Below, one piece after another: positions 23,478 to 31,400 of a DNA stretch of 44,553 nucleotides. Below the pieces are notes generated by a model, which was given only the letters and a program-made list of their open reading frames with translations, was not told the DNA's origin and did no database searches. The DNA is from a virus. Location of the stretch: IMG/VR virus record IMGVR_UViG_3300037474_000099; one strand, 5' to 3'. Each line of letters begins with the position of its first letter. Within the stretch, counting starts at the first letter, position 1. The translations under genes were made by a program, and so were the position numbers.

Positions 23478-24639
23478 CGGTATTTTAGGCAAGACTTTAG
23501 GTATAAATGAATTATTAGAGATTGGAGTTGTAGATCCAGTCTCTATAGTTCAAGATTTAGATAAGTATATTATTGGCCAAGACGCAGCTAAAAAATCTAT
23601 AGCGTTGATGCTTTTAAATAGATCCTTGTTAATGCTAAAAAAATTTGGAGTATTGTCCCCAGATTTAAAATTAACTAAGAATAATGTACTTATGTTAGGT
23701 CCAACAGGATCGGGTAAAACTGCTTTAATTAAAGCAGTAGCTGAGATATCTGATATACCTATTTATATATATGACATTACATCTACTACTGGAGCTGGAT
23801 ATTATGGATCTGATTTATTGGATATGTTAAATGAACATATAAATTATCAGTATGATTATTATAGTGAATTGTATCAAGCTCAAACGTTATCTGAAGAAGA
23901 TTTTTACAATTTTTCTTTTGACGTATTTTGTAAAATTGTAGAAAATAGTATTATATATATAGATGAAATAGATAAAATAAAAATTACTAGGGACAATTCT
24001 AAAAAAGATGGTTGGGGATCAATGCTCCAAGTTGAATTATTAAAAATGATAGAAGGACATAATGTAAATCTATTAAATGATAAAACTAGACAAACAGAGA
24101 AAACCTTAAATAAAGCTCAAATATCAAATCTTAATACTGAAAATATTTTCTTTATAGCTGGAGGAGCTTTTAGCGGTTTAGATGATATTATTAAACATAG
24201 ATTAAAAATAAATAATACTGTTGGATTTTTAACAGATTATGAACAAAAGCTTAAAATAGAAAAAAATGCCTTAGATTTTTTTAAAACTGAGGATTTAATT
24301 GAATATGGTTTCATGCCCGAGTTTATCGGTAGATTTCCAATAAAGACCGTACTCCAGTCTCATACTGTTGATACACTGAAAAAGATAATGACAAAAGCCC
24401 ATGGCTCCGTATATTTAGAATATATAGATTTATTTAAGGTTTTTGGCGTTAAATTAAAATTTAGTGATGAGGCGTTAACAGAAATAGCCAATGCAGCTCT
24501 TAAGGTAAATTTAGGAGCTAGAGCTTTAAAAAGTATTTTTAATGAGATTTTAGAAGATAAAGTTTTTAACATATTTCATGACACGCCGGGAACTATGATA
24601 ATTAGTAAAACTGAGGTAAAAAAACGATTAAAATTATAG
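23455..24639 (+). CDS. clpX: ClpX-like AAA+ unfoldase lacking the N-terminal zinc-binding domain
   Basis: LDKYIIGQDAAKK, Walker A GPTGSGKT, pore-1 loop GAGYYGSD, Walker B IIYIDEIDKI, IGF-loop equivalent TVGF, EDLIEYGFMPEFIGRFP, sensor-2 GARALKSI. Confidence 0.85.
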   Translation: MKFLHSINGILGKTLGINELLEIGVVDPVSIVQDLDKYIIGQDAAKKSIALMLLNRSLLMLKKFGVLSPDLKLTKNNVLMLGPTGSGKTALIKAVAEISDIPIYIYDITSTTGAGYYGSDLLDMLNEHINYQYDYYSELYQAQTLSEEDFYNFSFDVFCKIVENSIIYIDEIDKIKITRDNSKKDGWGSMLQVELLKMIEGHNVNLLNDKTRQTEKTLNKAQISNLNTENIFFIAGGAFSGLDDIIKHRLKINNTVGFLTDYEQKLKIEKNALDFFKTEDLIEYGFMPEFIGRFPIKTVLQSHTVDTLKKIMTKAHGSVYLEYIDLFKVFGVKLKFSDEALTEIANAALKVNLGARALKSIFNEILEDKVFNIFHDTPGTMIISKTEVKKRLKL

Positions 24640-24645
24640 GAGTAA

Positions 24646-25449
24646 ATGATGTTATTTGATTGGGCTATAATTGATATGGATCCGTTAGTATATAGATGTG
24701 GTTTTTCTATAGAAAAAATAGATAGACAAACTGGTATTTTGACAGTTGAGCCCGCACACCATGCTTTTTATAATATAAATAGTATGATGAAAAAAATTCT
24801 AAAGCATACTAAAAATAATCAATATAAAGGTTGGTTAACTTCAAATGATAAAAGTAACTTTAGATTTGATATATTTCCAGCGTATAAATCTAATAGAAAA
24901 GATGCTCGTAAACCTATATTTTATAATGAAATTAGAGATTTTCTTGTTAATAAATGGAAAGCTGAGGTAGTATTTGGTCAAGAAGCTGACGATCAGTGTA
25001 CAATAGATCATTGCGAATTAAATAAATTAGGATTTGACCCTGAAAATTTAAATTCAATAGTATGTTCTTTTGATAAAGATTTTAATAATGTTCCGGGATG
25101 GCATTATAACTTTGTTAAAGATGAAGTATATTATATTGATGAAATTCAAGCATATAGAAATTTTTATCTTCAGATATTAACTGGAGATACTAGTGATGGT
25201 ATACCCCGAATTAAAAAAGGATGGCTAAAGAAAAAAACCGAAGAATTATTATCAAAAGCCTTGACAATAGAAGAAATGGAAGATATAATACATAAAGAAA
25301 TAGAAAAACATTCAACAGAAGATTTGAATTCATTAACAATTTTTAAAGAGAGAGGTCAGCTTGTATGGCTACGTCGAGAAGCAGAGGAATTCTGGATCCC
25401 GAAAAAATGTCGAGAAAAGCAAAATTTAACTGGTTTAGAGATCAGTTAG
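24646..25449 (+). CDS. 5'-3' exonuclease / flap endonuclease
   Basis: PAYKSNRK, GQEADDQ, SFDKDF, ILTGDTSDGIPRIKKG (H3TH). Confidence 0.8.
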   Translation: MMLFDWAIIDMDPLVYRCGFSIEKIDRQTGILTVEPAHHAFYNINSMMKKILKHTKNNQYKGWLTSNDKSNFRFDIFPAYKSNRKDARKPIFYNEIRDFLVNKWKAEVVFGQEADDQCTIDHCELNKLGFDPENLNSIVCSFDKDFNNVPGWHYNFVKDEVYYIDEIQAYRNFYLQILTGDTSDGIPRIKKGWLKKKTEELLSKALTIEEMEDIIHKEIEKHSTEDLNSLTIFKERGQLVWLRREAEEFWIPKKCREKQNLTGLEIS

Positions 25450-25589
25450 ATAGTTTTTCTACTGAGGAATTAACTCAATTATCTGATGAAATTGAATTTG
25501 AATTGTGGGAAAGAGCTAGTTTGGAAGATTATCATAAGTTTTATGGTGAAGATCAATTTGATCTAAATGAAGATAGTGACACAGAATAA
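25407..25589 (+). CDS. 60-aa acidic protein (MSRKAKFNWFRDQL...); overlaps the FEN 3' end
   Basis: Track ORF 25365..25589. The internal ATG at 25407 sits right after an A6 run. It is in the -1 frame relative to FEN. Confidence 0.45.
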   Translation: MSRKAKFNWFRDQLDSFSTEELTQLSDEIEFELWERASLEDYHKFYGEDQFDLNEDSDTE

Positions 25590-25604
25590 AAGTTAGGATA
25601 TAAT

Positions 25605-25979
25605 ATGGTAAAAAACGATGCAATTATTTTTAAAAATGTAGATCATGGAGTTTTAGATAAAAAAGATTTAATTAAAAGTAAAGCATTGTTTAATAAATAT
25701 GGCATTACTTTAAAACAAAAACAACAAATGATCGAACAACAAGATGGACGTTGTTGGATTTGTAAACAAGTACCCAAATCAGGTATTCTATGTGTCGATC
25801 ATAGACATGTTAAAGGTTATAAAAAATTATCAGCAGAAGAGAGAGCTAAAGAAGTTAGAGCGTTACTTTGTTTTATGTGTAATACTGGATTACATGGAAT
25901 CGAGAAACGAAAAAATGCTCGTTATTTACTTGAAAGATATAATGAATATTTTAAAGTATTTAAGATAAAAGGCGACTAA
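25605..25979 (+). CDS. Endonuclease VII-family (Holliday-junction resolvase / HNH-like)
   Basis: QDGRCWIC....CVDHRH....LLCFMCNTGL, the Endonuclease_7 signature. Confidence 0.8.
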   Translation: MVKNDAIIFKNVDHGVLDKKDLIKSKALFNKYGITLKQKQQMIEQQDGRCWICKQVPKSGILCVDHRHVKGYKKLSAEERAKEVRALLCFMCNTGLHGIEKRKNARYLLERYNEYFKVFKIKGD

Positions 25980-26007
25980 GTTATTGATTTTAAATATTAT
26001 TTAATTA

Positions 26008-26035
26008 TTGAATATTGTTAAATATGTGTTATAAT
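26008..26035 (+). promoter_or_regulatory. Extended -10 promoter of the SbmA-like operon
   Basis: TTGAAT (26008-26013), 16 nt, TGtTATAAT (26027-26035). Confidence 0.55.
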
Positions 26036-26063
26036 TAAAATATATAAAGGGGAGGATTTAATT

Positions 26064-26132
26064 ATGACAATGACTTTAATTTGGATTATTATTATAGCAG
26101 TGTTACTAGGTTGGTTTTTATCATTTAAGTAA
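26064..26132 (+). CDS. 22-aa TM peptide (MTMTLIWIIIIAVLLGWFLSFK)
   Basis: My own translation. Strong GGGGAGG RBS. Confidence 0.45.
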   Translation: MTMTLIWIIIIAVLLGWFLSFK

Positions 26133-26148
26133 ATTATTAGGCCTTAAT

Positions 26149-26253
26149 ATGTTAGATTTACAAACTTTTATAGATTTTTCTTTGTTATTTGGATTTTGGA
26201 TTATGGTAGGATATATATCACTTACATTGTTTGCATGGTGGATGGATTTATGA
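26149..26253 (+). CDS. 34-aa TM peptide (MLDLQTFIDFSLLFGFWIMVGYISLTLFAWWMDL)
   Basis: My own translation. ATGA overlap with the next ORF. Confidence 0.4.
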   Translation: MLDLQTFIDFSLLFGFWIMVGYISLTLFAWWMDL

Positions 26254-26525
26254 AAACACTTATTTTTATTGTTTTAATGATATTTTCATCTATTTCTTAT
26301 TCATGGTATTATTACCCAACGACTTTTTCTCCATATTATGGAGAACCTGAACCTAGAGCACAAGTTAGATTTGATATCTATACGTGTGCATTAGGTATAA
26401 CTAGAGCTGACTTGTTTTATTTAAACTACGCGACAAATACTCTTATATTAAGTTATAAAGGTAGTTTAATAACGATTCCAGCTGATGCATGTAGATTTAC
26501 ATTAGAACAAGGTAGATATTATTAA
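26250..26525 (+). CDS. 91-aa secreted Tyr/Trp-rich protein (start at MKTLIFIVLMIF, not the track start at 26196)
   Basis: N-terminal signal-like segment. Two Cys residues. Confidence 0.5.
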   Translation: MKTLIFIVLMIFSSISYSWYYYPTTFSPYYGEPEPRAQVRFDIYTCALGITRADLFYLNYATNTLILSYKGSLITIPADACRFTLEQGRYY

Positions 26526-26770
26526 TGATGAAAATAAAAGGTGTCGAATACCCAGTCAGTATATTAAAGGTTACATTACATGATGAAACTTTAACTAAAT
26601 TGGATTGGATTAAGAATAATTTAAAATTAAAAAATGATGCTGAAAGCTTGTCTATGATTATAAATTCAGTATATTCTCAATTAAAACAAATGGTGCAGTA
26701 TTACGAAAGTAATAATGTAGAAGATATGCAGGATAAGGAAGAAAAACCTAGTGAAGATAGCAAATCCTAA
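26525..26770 (+). CDS. hypothetical protein (81 aa; possibly ribbon-helix-helix-like)
   Basis: ORF track. The VTLHDETLTKLDWIKNNL strand-helix pattern is only suggestive. Confidence 0.4.
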   Translation: MMKIKGVEYPVSILKVTLHDETLTKLDWIKNNLKLKNDAESLSMIINSVYSQLKQMVQYYESNNVEDMQDKEEKPSEDSKS

Positions 26771-27584
26771 GTTTTGTATATTAATTTTAATTATATTAAC
26801 ATTAATTGAATGTTCTTTAACTGGATATATAGGATGGTGGCGGGAAGGATTTTGGTCAGCTGTACAATCCAGAAATTTAGATAAATTTTTTATATATATT
26901 GGAATGTTTTCTATAGCAGCTTTAACGACATGTTTTGTCAGTAGTTATAGCCAATATATTATCAGTTATACAAGTCTTATATATAGACATAAATTAAGCC
27001 GAAAAGCTTTAAAAATAGTCCATAAAGTAGATGTTGAAGGTAAAGAACAGAGAGTTCAAGAAGATTGTTTTAATTTCCCTTTTTATTTAATATCACTTAT
27101 AGTTGGATTTACTAAGAATTTTATTATATTGTTGGTTTTTTTAGGAATTTTAATACATCAATTAGGTTTATTTTATTTGATTTTTCCTATAACATATGCT
27201 ATAATAGGAACATGGATCGCAGCAAAATTAGCTAAACCATTATTAAATATTAATTATTTGAATCAAATGTTAGAGGCTAAGTTTAGAAGAATGTTAACCA
27301 AAATTTCATATAGTAAAGTACATAAAAATAATCTAGTTTTGTTTAAAGCTACTAAAAAACTAGCTTATTTTCAATATTTTTATAATCAAATAACGGTTAT
27401 TATACCTTATTTGGTACTATATCCTATATATTTTTCGGCTAAGATAACTTTTGGCGTATTTATGCAATGTGCTAGTAGCATGAATCAGATAATAGAATGC
27501 TTAAGTTATTTTATTAACAGTTTCAATGACATTAATAAATTTAGATCATGTAAAAAACGTCTCAATGAATTAGGAATTATTTAA
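26751..27584 (+). CDS. SbmA/BacA-like inner-membrane transporter domain protein (N-terminally shorter than bacterial SbmA)
   Basis: VEGKEQRVQEDCFNF matches the EG..QR(V/I)QED signature of SbmA/BacA and ABC_membrane_2. The C-terminal ITFGVFMQCASSMNQIIECLSYFINSFNDINKFRSCKKRLNEL parallels the SbmA C-terminus as I recall it. Multiple TM helices and no ATPase domain. Confidence 0.7.
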   Translation: MKIANPKFCILILIILTLIECSLTGYIGWWREGFWSAVQSRNLDKFFIYIGMFSIAALTTCFVSSYSQYIISYTSLIYRHKLSRKALKIVHKVDVEGKEQRVQEDCFNFPFYLISLIVGFTKNFIILLVFLGILIHQLGLFYLIFPITYAIIGTWIAAKLAKPLLNINYLNQMLEAKFRRMLTKISYSKVHKNNLVLFKATKKLAYFQYFYNQITVIIPYLVLYPIYFSAKITFGVFMQCASSMNQIIECLSYFINSFNDINKFRSCKKRLNELGII

Positions 27585-27925
27585 TGTGTAATTGTCCATT
27601 GTGCAAACTTAGTAATTATCTCACTCGTACTAGTGTCGGTACTGCTCGGCAAGGCGGATTACGTGTCGGCTCTTTATATTCTATATCAACAACCATTAAT
27701 AATGACGATCCTGCCGCCGTAAATAATTTAAATGAGTTTAAAAATAGGGAAATAGATGAAAATATAAAAATATCTAAGCGAATTGATGAATTAGCAAAAA
27801 GAATTCAAATTTTACAAAATAAAATAGAACGCATAGATTTAAGATTTAATCTTAATGTAACCAAATGGCATAGATTAGAACACGCATTAAAACGTTCGTC
27901 AGATGGAGATTCTACTAGTGAATAG
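27584..27925 (+). CDS. hypothetical protein (113 aa; N-terminal CxCxxC, C-terminal coiled coil)
   Basis: ORF track. Confidence 0.5.
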   Translation: MCNCPLCKLSNYLTRTSVGTARQGGLRVGSLYSISTTINNDDPAAVNNLNEFKNREIDENIKISKRIDELAKRIQILQNKIERIDLRFNLNVTKWHRLEHALKRSSDGDSTSE

Positions 27926-28787
27926 AAATAAATTGCCTAAAATATTGATATATGATATAGAAACGACTCCTTTAAAGGCGTGGATTTGGAGATGCGGAGA
28001 ACAAGTAGTTAGGCATAATCAATTAGATCATGGATATAACGAATATAGGATTTCTACTATTGCTTATAAATGGTTACAAGATAAGAAAGTGCATGTATTA
28101 ACTGCTGAGGATAAAATATCCCGTTTTGATGAAGAAGTTAAAAAAGCTGATATTATCATAGGTAAAAATTCTGATAGGTTTGATGTTAAACATATTAATA
28201 CTCAAAGATTATTACAGGGATTGCCTCCTATGCCTCAATGGCTAGATTCTAATGATGATTTAGAAAAACAAATGAGGCGGTTTTTTGCTTTTCCATCTAT
28301 GAGTTTAGATTATATATCTCAAATATTTGGATTAGGTGGCAAAGTTAAAATGGAATTTCAAGATTGGATTGACATAGAGAATATGAAATTATTAAAGAAA
28401 TTATTTATAGAAAATAAAGATTTATCTTATTCCCAAAGAAAAAACATCTCATTCGCTTTATTTGGCTCTGATCATTTAAGTATATTAAAGGCAGGAGATA
28501 AAGCTTTAGATAAAATGGTTTTTTATAATAAAAAAGATGTTAAGGATACTGAAAAAGCATTGCTAAAAGTATTACCCCATATTAAACTTAAACATAATGC
28601 AGCTACAGCGAATGATGGAAAAGGATGTATAACTTGCGGTAGTCTTGCATTAGCTCCTCTTAAAGTTATTATTAAAGGTAAAACAAAATATCAGCAATTC
28701 GAATGTTTAAATCATGGAGGCTATGCAGGCAAGGCAACTTGGAAATATTCAAAAACTCGTAATAAAATTTATGGTAAAATGGGTTAA
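27903..28787 (+). CDS. DEDD (DnaQ/RNaseH-like) 3'-5' exonuclease with a C-terminal Cys cluster
   Basis: Exo I IYDIETT, Exo II IIGKNSDRFDVKH, Exo III FYNKKDVKDTE. CITCGS...C...H at the C-terminus. Confidence 0.65.
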   Translation: MEILLVNRNKLPKILIYDIETTPLKAWIWRCGEQVVRHNQLDHGYNEYRISTIAYKWLQDKKVHVLTAEDKISRFDEEVKKADIIIGKNSDRFDVKHINTQRLLQGLPPMPQWLDSNDDLEKQMRRFFAFPSMSLDYISQIFGLGGKVKMEFQDWIDIENMKLLKKLFIENKDLSYSQRKNISFALFGSDHLSILKAGDKALDKMVFYNKKDVKDTEKALLKVLPHIKLKHNAATANDGKGCITCGSLALAPLKVIIKGKTKYQQFECLNHGGYAGKATWKYSKTRNKIYGKMG

Positions 28788-28792
28788 ATATA

Positions 28793-29005
28793 ATGAAATT
28801 ATTACAAATATGTATGTTAATTACGATAATTATATCAGGATTATCTTTATATTTAAGTATGCCAAAAACTAGTTTACAAAAATGTATAATTTTTCAATAT
28901 AATTTAACATCTATAGATACGCAAGTAAATGGAAATAAAGTTCCGGCTATTTTCTCATCCGGAAGATTACTATGCGTTGATGTAAATAAAGAGGAACCTT
29001 TGTGA
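28793..29005 (+). CDS. 70-aa N-terminally anchored protein
   Basis: ORF track. The N-terminus is hydrophobic. Confidence 0.5.
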   Translation: MKLLQICMLITIIISGLSLYLSMPKTSLQKCIIFQYNLTSIDTQVNGNKVPAIFSSGRLLCVDVNKEEPL

Positions 29006-29217
29006 CTAGTATTTATAGAATATTAATGAAAAAAAGAGAATATACAATTGTAGATTGTAATAAAATAGATAATTATAAACCTATAAAAAAAGATGTTATA
29101 TTTCTAATCCAGAAAAAATATAGAAATTCTTGGAAAACCTTAAAAGAGTTATTTACGGAACGTGAAGCCAGAGATTATAAATACTTGTTAGAATTAGAGC
29201 AGGGGATTGTTATATGA
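29002..29217 (+). CDS. hypothetical protein (71 aa)
   Basis: ORF track. Overlaps at both ends. Confidence 0.5.
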   Translation: MTSIYRILMKKREYTIVDCNKIDNYKPIKKDVIFLIQKKYRNSWKTLKELFTEREARDYKYLLELEQGIVI

Positions 29218-29789
29218 CAAAATTAGATTTTACTTTAATACCATTAGAATTTGAAGATTTAGCATTAGTAGCTATGAATGGAGCTAAAAAATATGAACCT
29301 CATGGATGGGAAAAAGGATTTGATAAAGAACAGAATTTGGCATCTATTAAAAGACACTTGAATGATTATAGATCGGGGAATATGGCAGATAGTGAAAGTA
29401 AACTTCATCCATTATTACATGCCGCTTTTAGAGCTATGATGCAATATACTTTAGATAAACGAGCATCGAATACGGATGAATTATTTAAAATCGCGTCTGA
29501 ATTTGAAGCTATAACTAAAAGAATCGATAATAATTATAAAACCATAAATAGAACCAACGACCAGTCTAAAAAACCTTCCGAATTGGTTAAATCATTAAAT
29601 AATAATACTAATTTCAAATGGAAAATCCATTCGGGACAATATGATACGGATTATAAAGTAAATGAATTTAAAACGGTAAAAGGCTGCTCAGTTTATTGGC
29701 CTAAAGGATTAACTGATACTGAATCTTTGGCTGATCATGACATAGGATGTATATGCCTTTCTTGCGAAACACATTTTTGGGGTAAATGA
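29214..29789 (+). CDS. dATP/dGTP diphosphohydrolase N-terminal-domain-like protein
   Basis: LIPLEFEDLALVAMNGAKKYEPHGWEKG...IKRHLNDYRSGNMADSESKLHPLLHAAFRAMM resembles the dGTP_diPhyd_N pattern (L.P....va.v..fGa.KY....W.kg....RH......G...D.eSg..Hl.Ha). Recognised from memory. Confidence 0.5.
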   Translation: MTKLDFTLIPLEFEDLALVAMNGAKKYEPHGWEKGFDKEQNLASIKRHLNDYRSGNMADSESKLHPLLHAAFRAMMQYTLDKRASNTDELFKIASEFEAITKRIDNNYKTINRTNDQSKKPSELVKSLNNNTNFKWKIHSGQYDTDYKVNEFKTVKGCSVYWPKGLTDTESLADHDIGCICLSCETHFWGK

Positions 29790-29917
29790 TGTTTAATAAA
29801 TTAAAAAAGTATTTTGTTAAAAAAGTAAAAGAAGATATAGAAAGTAAATTTATAGTTCATTACATGTGTGCTATTGCATTGTGTTTAATAATATTAGAAT
29901 TTTTTATAAAGGTTTAA
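29786..29917 (+). CDS. 43-aa C-terminally hydrophobic peptide
   Basis: My own translation: MMFNKLKKYFVKKVKEDIESKFIVHYMCAIALCLIILEFFIKV. Confidence 0.4.
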   Translation: MMFNKLKKYFVKKVKEDIESKFIVHYMCAIALCLIILEFFIKV

Positions 29918-29918
29918 T

Positions 29919-30170
29919 ATGCCGTATATAAAATCAAATTTACGTCCTGGGTTATTTCCCACGTCCGATAACGTTCCCAGTAATCCGGGAGAATTGAATT
30001 TTATGGTTACGCGTTTAATTAATGATTATATGTTATCTCAACCTTTTAATTACCAAGTAATAAACGATATAATAGGAGCATTAGAAGGAGCAAAAATGGA
30101 ATTTTATCGAAGAGTAGTTATACCATATGAAGATAGAAAAATTATAGAAAACGGAGATGTGTATGATTGA
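29919..30170 (+). CDS. conserved phage protein of unknown function (83 aa; PGELNF...GALEGAKMEFYRR...YED.K..ENGDVY)
   Basis: ORF track. I recognise the motif as recurrent in phage and bacterial hypotheticals but cannot name the family. Confidence 0.55.
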   Translation: MPYIKSNLRPGLFPTSDNVPSNPGELNFMVTRLINDYMLSQPFNYQVINDIIGALEGAKMEFYRRVVIPYEDRKIIENGDVYD

Positions 30171-30237
30171 GTTTTCAATAATCTATTTAATAATGGTATT
30201 GATAGTTGTACTGTGTATATTAATTAGAGGTATATAA
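30163..30237 (+). CDS. 24-aa TM peptide (MIEFSIIYLIMVLIVVLCILIRGI)
   Basis: My own translation. Overlaps both neighbours. Confidence 0.35.
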   Translation: MIEFSIIYLIMVLIVVLCILIRGI

Positions 30238-30641
30238 TGTCAAAACTTTATTATTTAGCATCTCCGTATACTCACAAAAATACAAAAATAATGAAAAAAC
30301 GATTTATAGACGTTTGTAAATTATCAGCGTATTTATTAAAAAAGGGAATTCATACTTTATGTCCAATAGCTTCATCTCATCCAACTGCAAAATATGGTAA
30401 GATTAGAAGCACAATGTGGAAAGATTGGGCAAAATTAGATTTAAATTTTTTAAAAAGATGTGATGGTATTTTAATTTCGGTTTTGGATAAAGAATGGATG
30501 AAGTCAATAGGAATGAAAGCCGAATTAGAATTTGCTTTAAAAAATAATATACCTGCTAGATTAATAACTAAAGACGGGAAAATATTAAATTTTAGTGGCA
30601 AAGAAATATTAGAAATGTTTAAAATAAAAGAGGCAGTTTAA
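30237..30641 (+). CDS. DUF1937 / nucleoside 2-deoxyribosyltransferase-like protein
   Basis: YYLASPYTH......RF......A.LLKKG....CPI..SHP...W...D...L..CD...ISVLDKEWMKSIGMKAELEFA pattern. Confidence 0.55.
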   Translation: MSKLYYLASPYTHKNTKIMKKRFIDVCKLSAYLLKKGIHTLCPIASSHPTAKYGKIRSTMWKDWAKLDLNFLKRCDGILISVLDKEWMKSIGMKAELEFALKNNIPARLITKDGKILNFSGKEILEMFKIKEAV

Positions 30642-30642
30642 T

Positions 30643-31395
30643 ATGATTTTAAAAACAATAATTATATCGATACTTGCATTAGTAATAGGATTTAATCCAG
30701 CCGCAATAAAAACATCGACTTCAATTCATCCAGTCGCTATAGTTAAAGGAGAGACATCAGGAAAGAGTTTTACAAAATGGTATTCACAAGGATCAGCTTT
30801 TTTTATAACTGATGACGGATATTTAGGAACAGCTGCGCATGTTGTTAAGGATACAAAAAACACGACAATTTGGTATGACGGTAAATTTATTCCGGCTAAA
30901 GTGGTAATGGTAGATGAAGATGCTGACACAGCGATATTAAAAGCTGATTTAAAAAAGAAAAATGCTTATTTTAATATATCTAAACCTAAACATGGAGAAG
31001 TTGATACTATTTTAGGGTTTCCATCAGTAAGTAATTTTGGATTTTATTTACACGCAACAACTGGAATTTCTCAATTAGGAATTGGTTATATTTCAATATA
31101 TGCTATGTCGTGCCATGGCAATAGTGGCGGAGCTGTAGTTAATTCTAATGGCGATTTAGTAGGAATTTTGACTTTAGGATTTGCAGATGGATTTACACCA
31201 GATGGTTTATGTTCTTCGCATGCTGGAGCGGTTTATTTGGATCGATTAATTTCAATGGCTACTCAATTAAATCTAAATATAAATAAAACGTTTGACAAAA
31301 AAGAAGTCAAACTACAATCACAATCAGACATGATTAGTAATATAAATAATGAACAAAAAGTAGTATTTGTTCAAAGTGAAATATTAGATAAATAA
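30643..31395 (+). CDS. Secreted trypsin-like (S1/Trypsin_2) serine protease
   Basis: Signal-like N-terminus. His in GTAAHVV, Asp in DADTAILKA, Ser in CHGNSGGAVVNSNGDLVGI. Confidence 0.75.
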   Translation: MILKTIIISILALVIGFNPAAIKTSTSIHPVAIVKGETSGKSFTKWYSQGSAFFITDDGYLGTAAHVVKDTKNTTIWYDGKFIPAKVVMVDEDADTAILKADLKKKNAYFNISKPKHGEVDTILGFPSVSNFGFYLHATTGISQLGIGYISIYAMSCHGNSGGAVVNSNGDLVGILTLGFADGFTPDGLCSSHAGAVYLDRLISMATQLNLNINKTFDKKEVKLQSQSDMISNINNEQKVVFVQSEILDK

Positions 31396-31400
31396 AGCCT

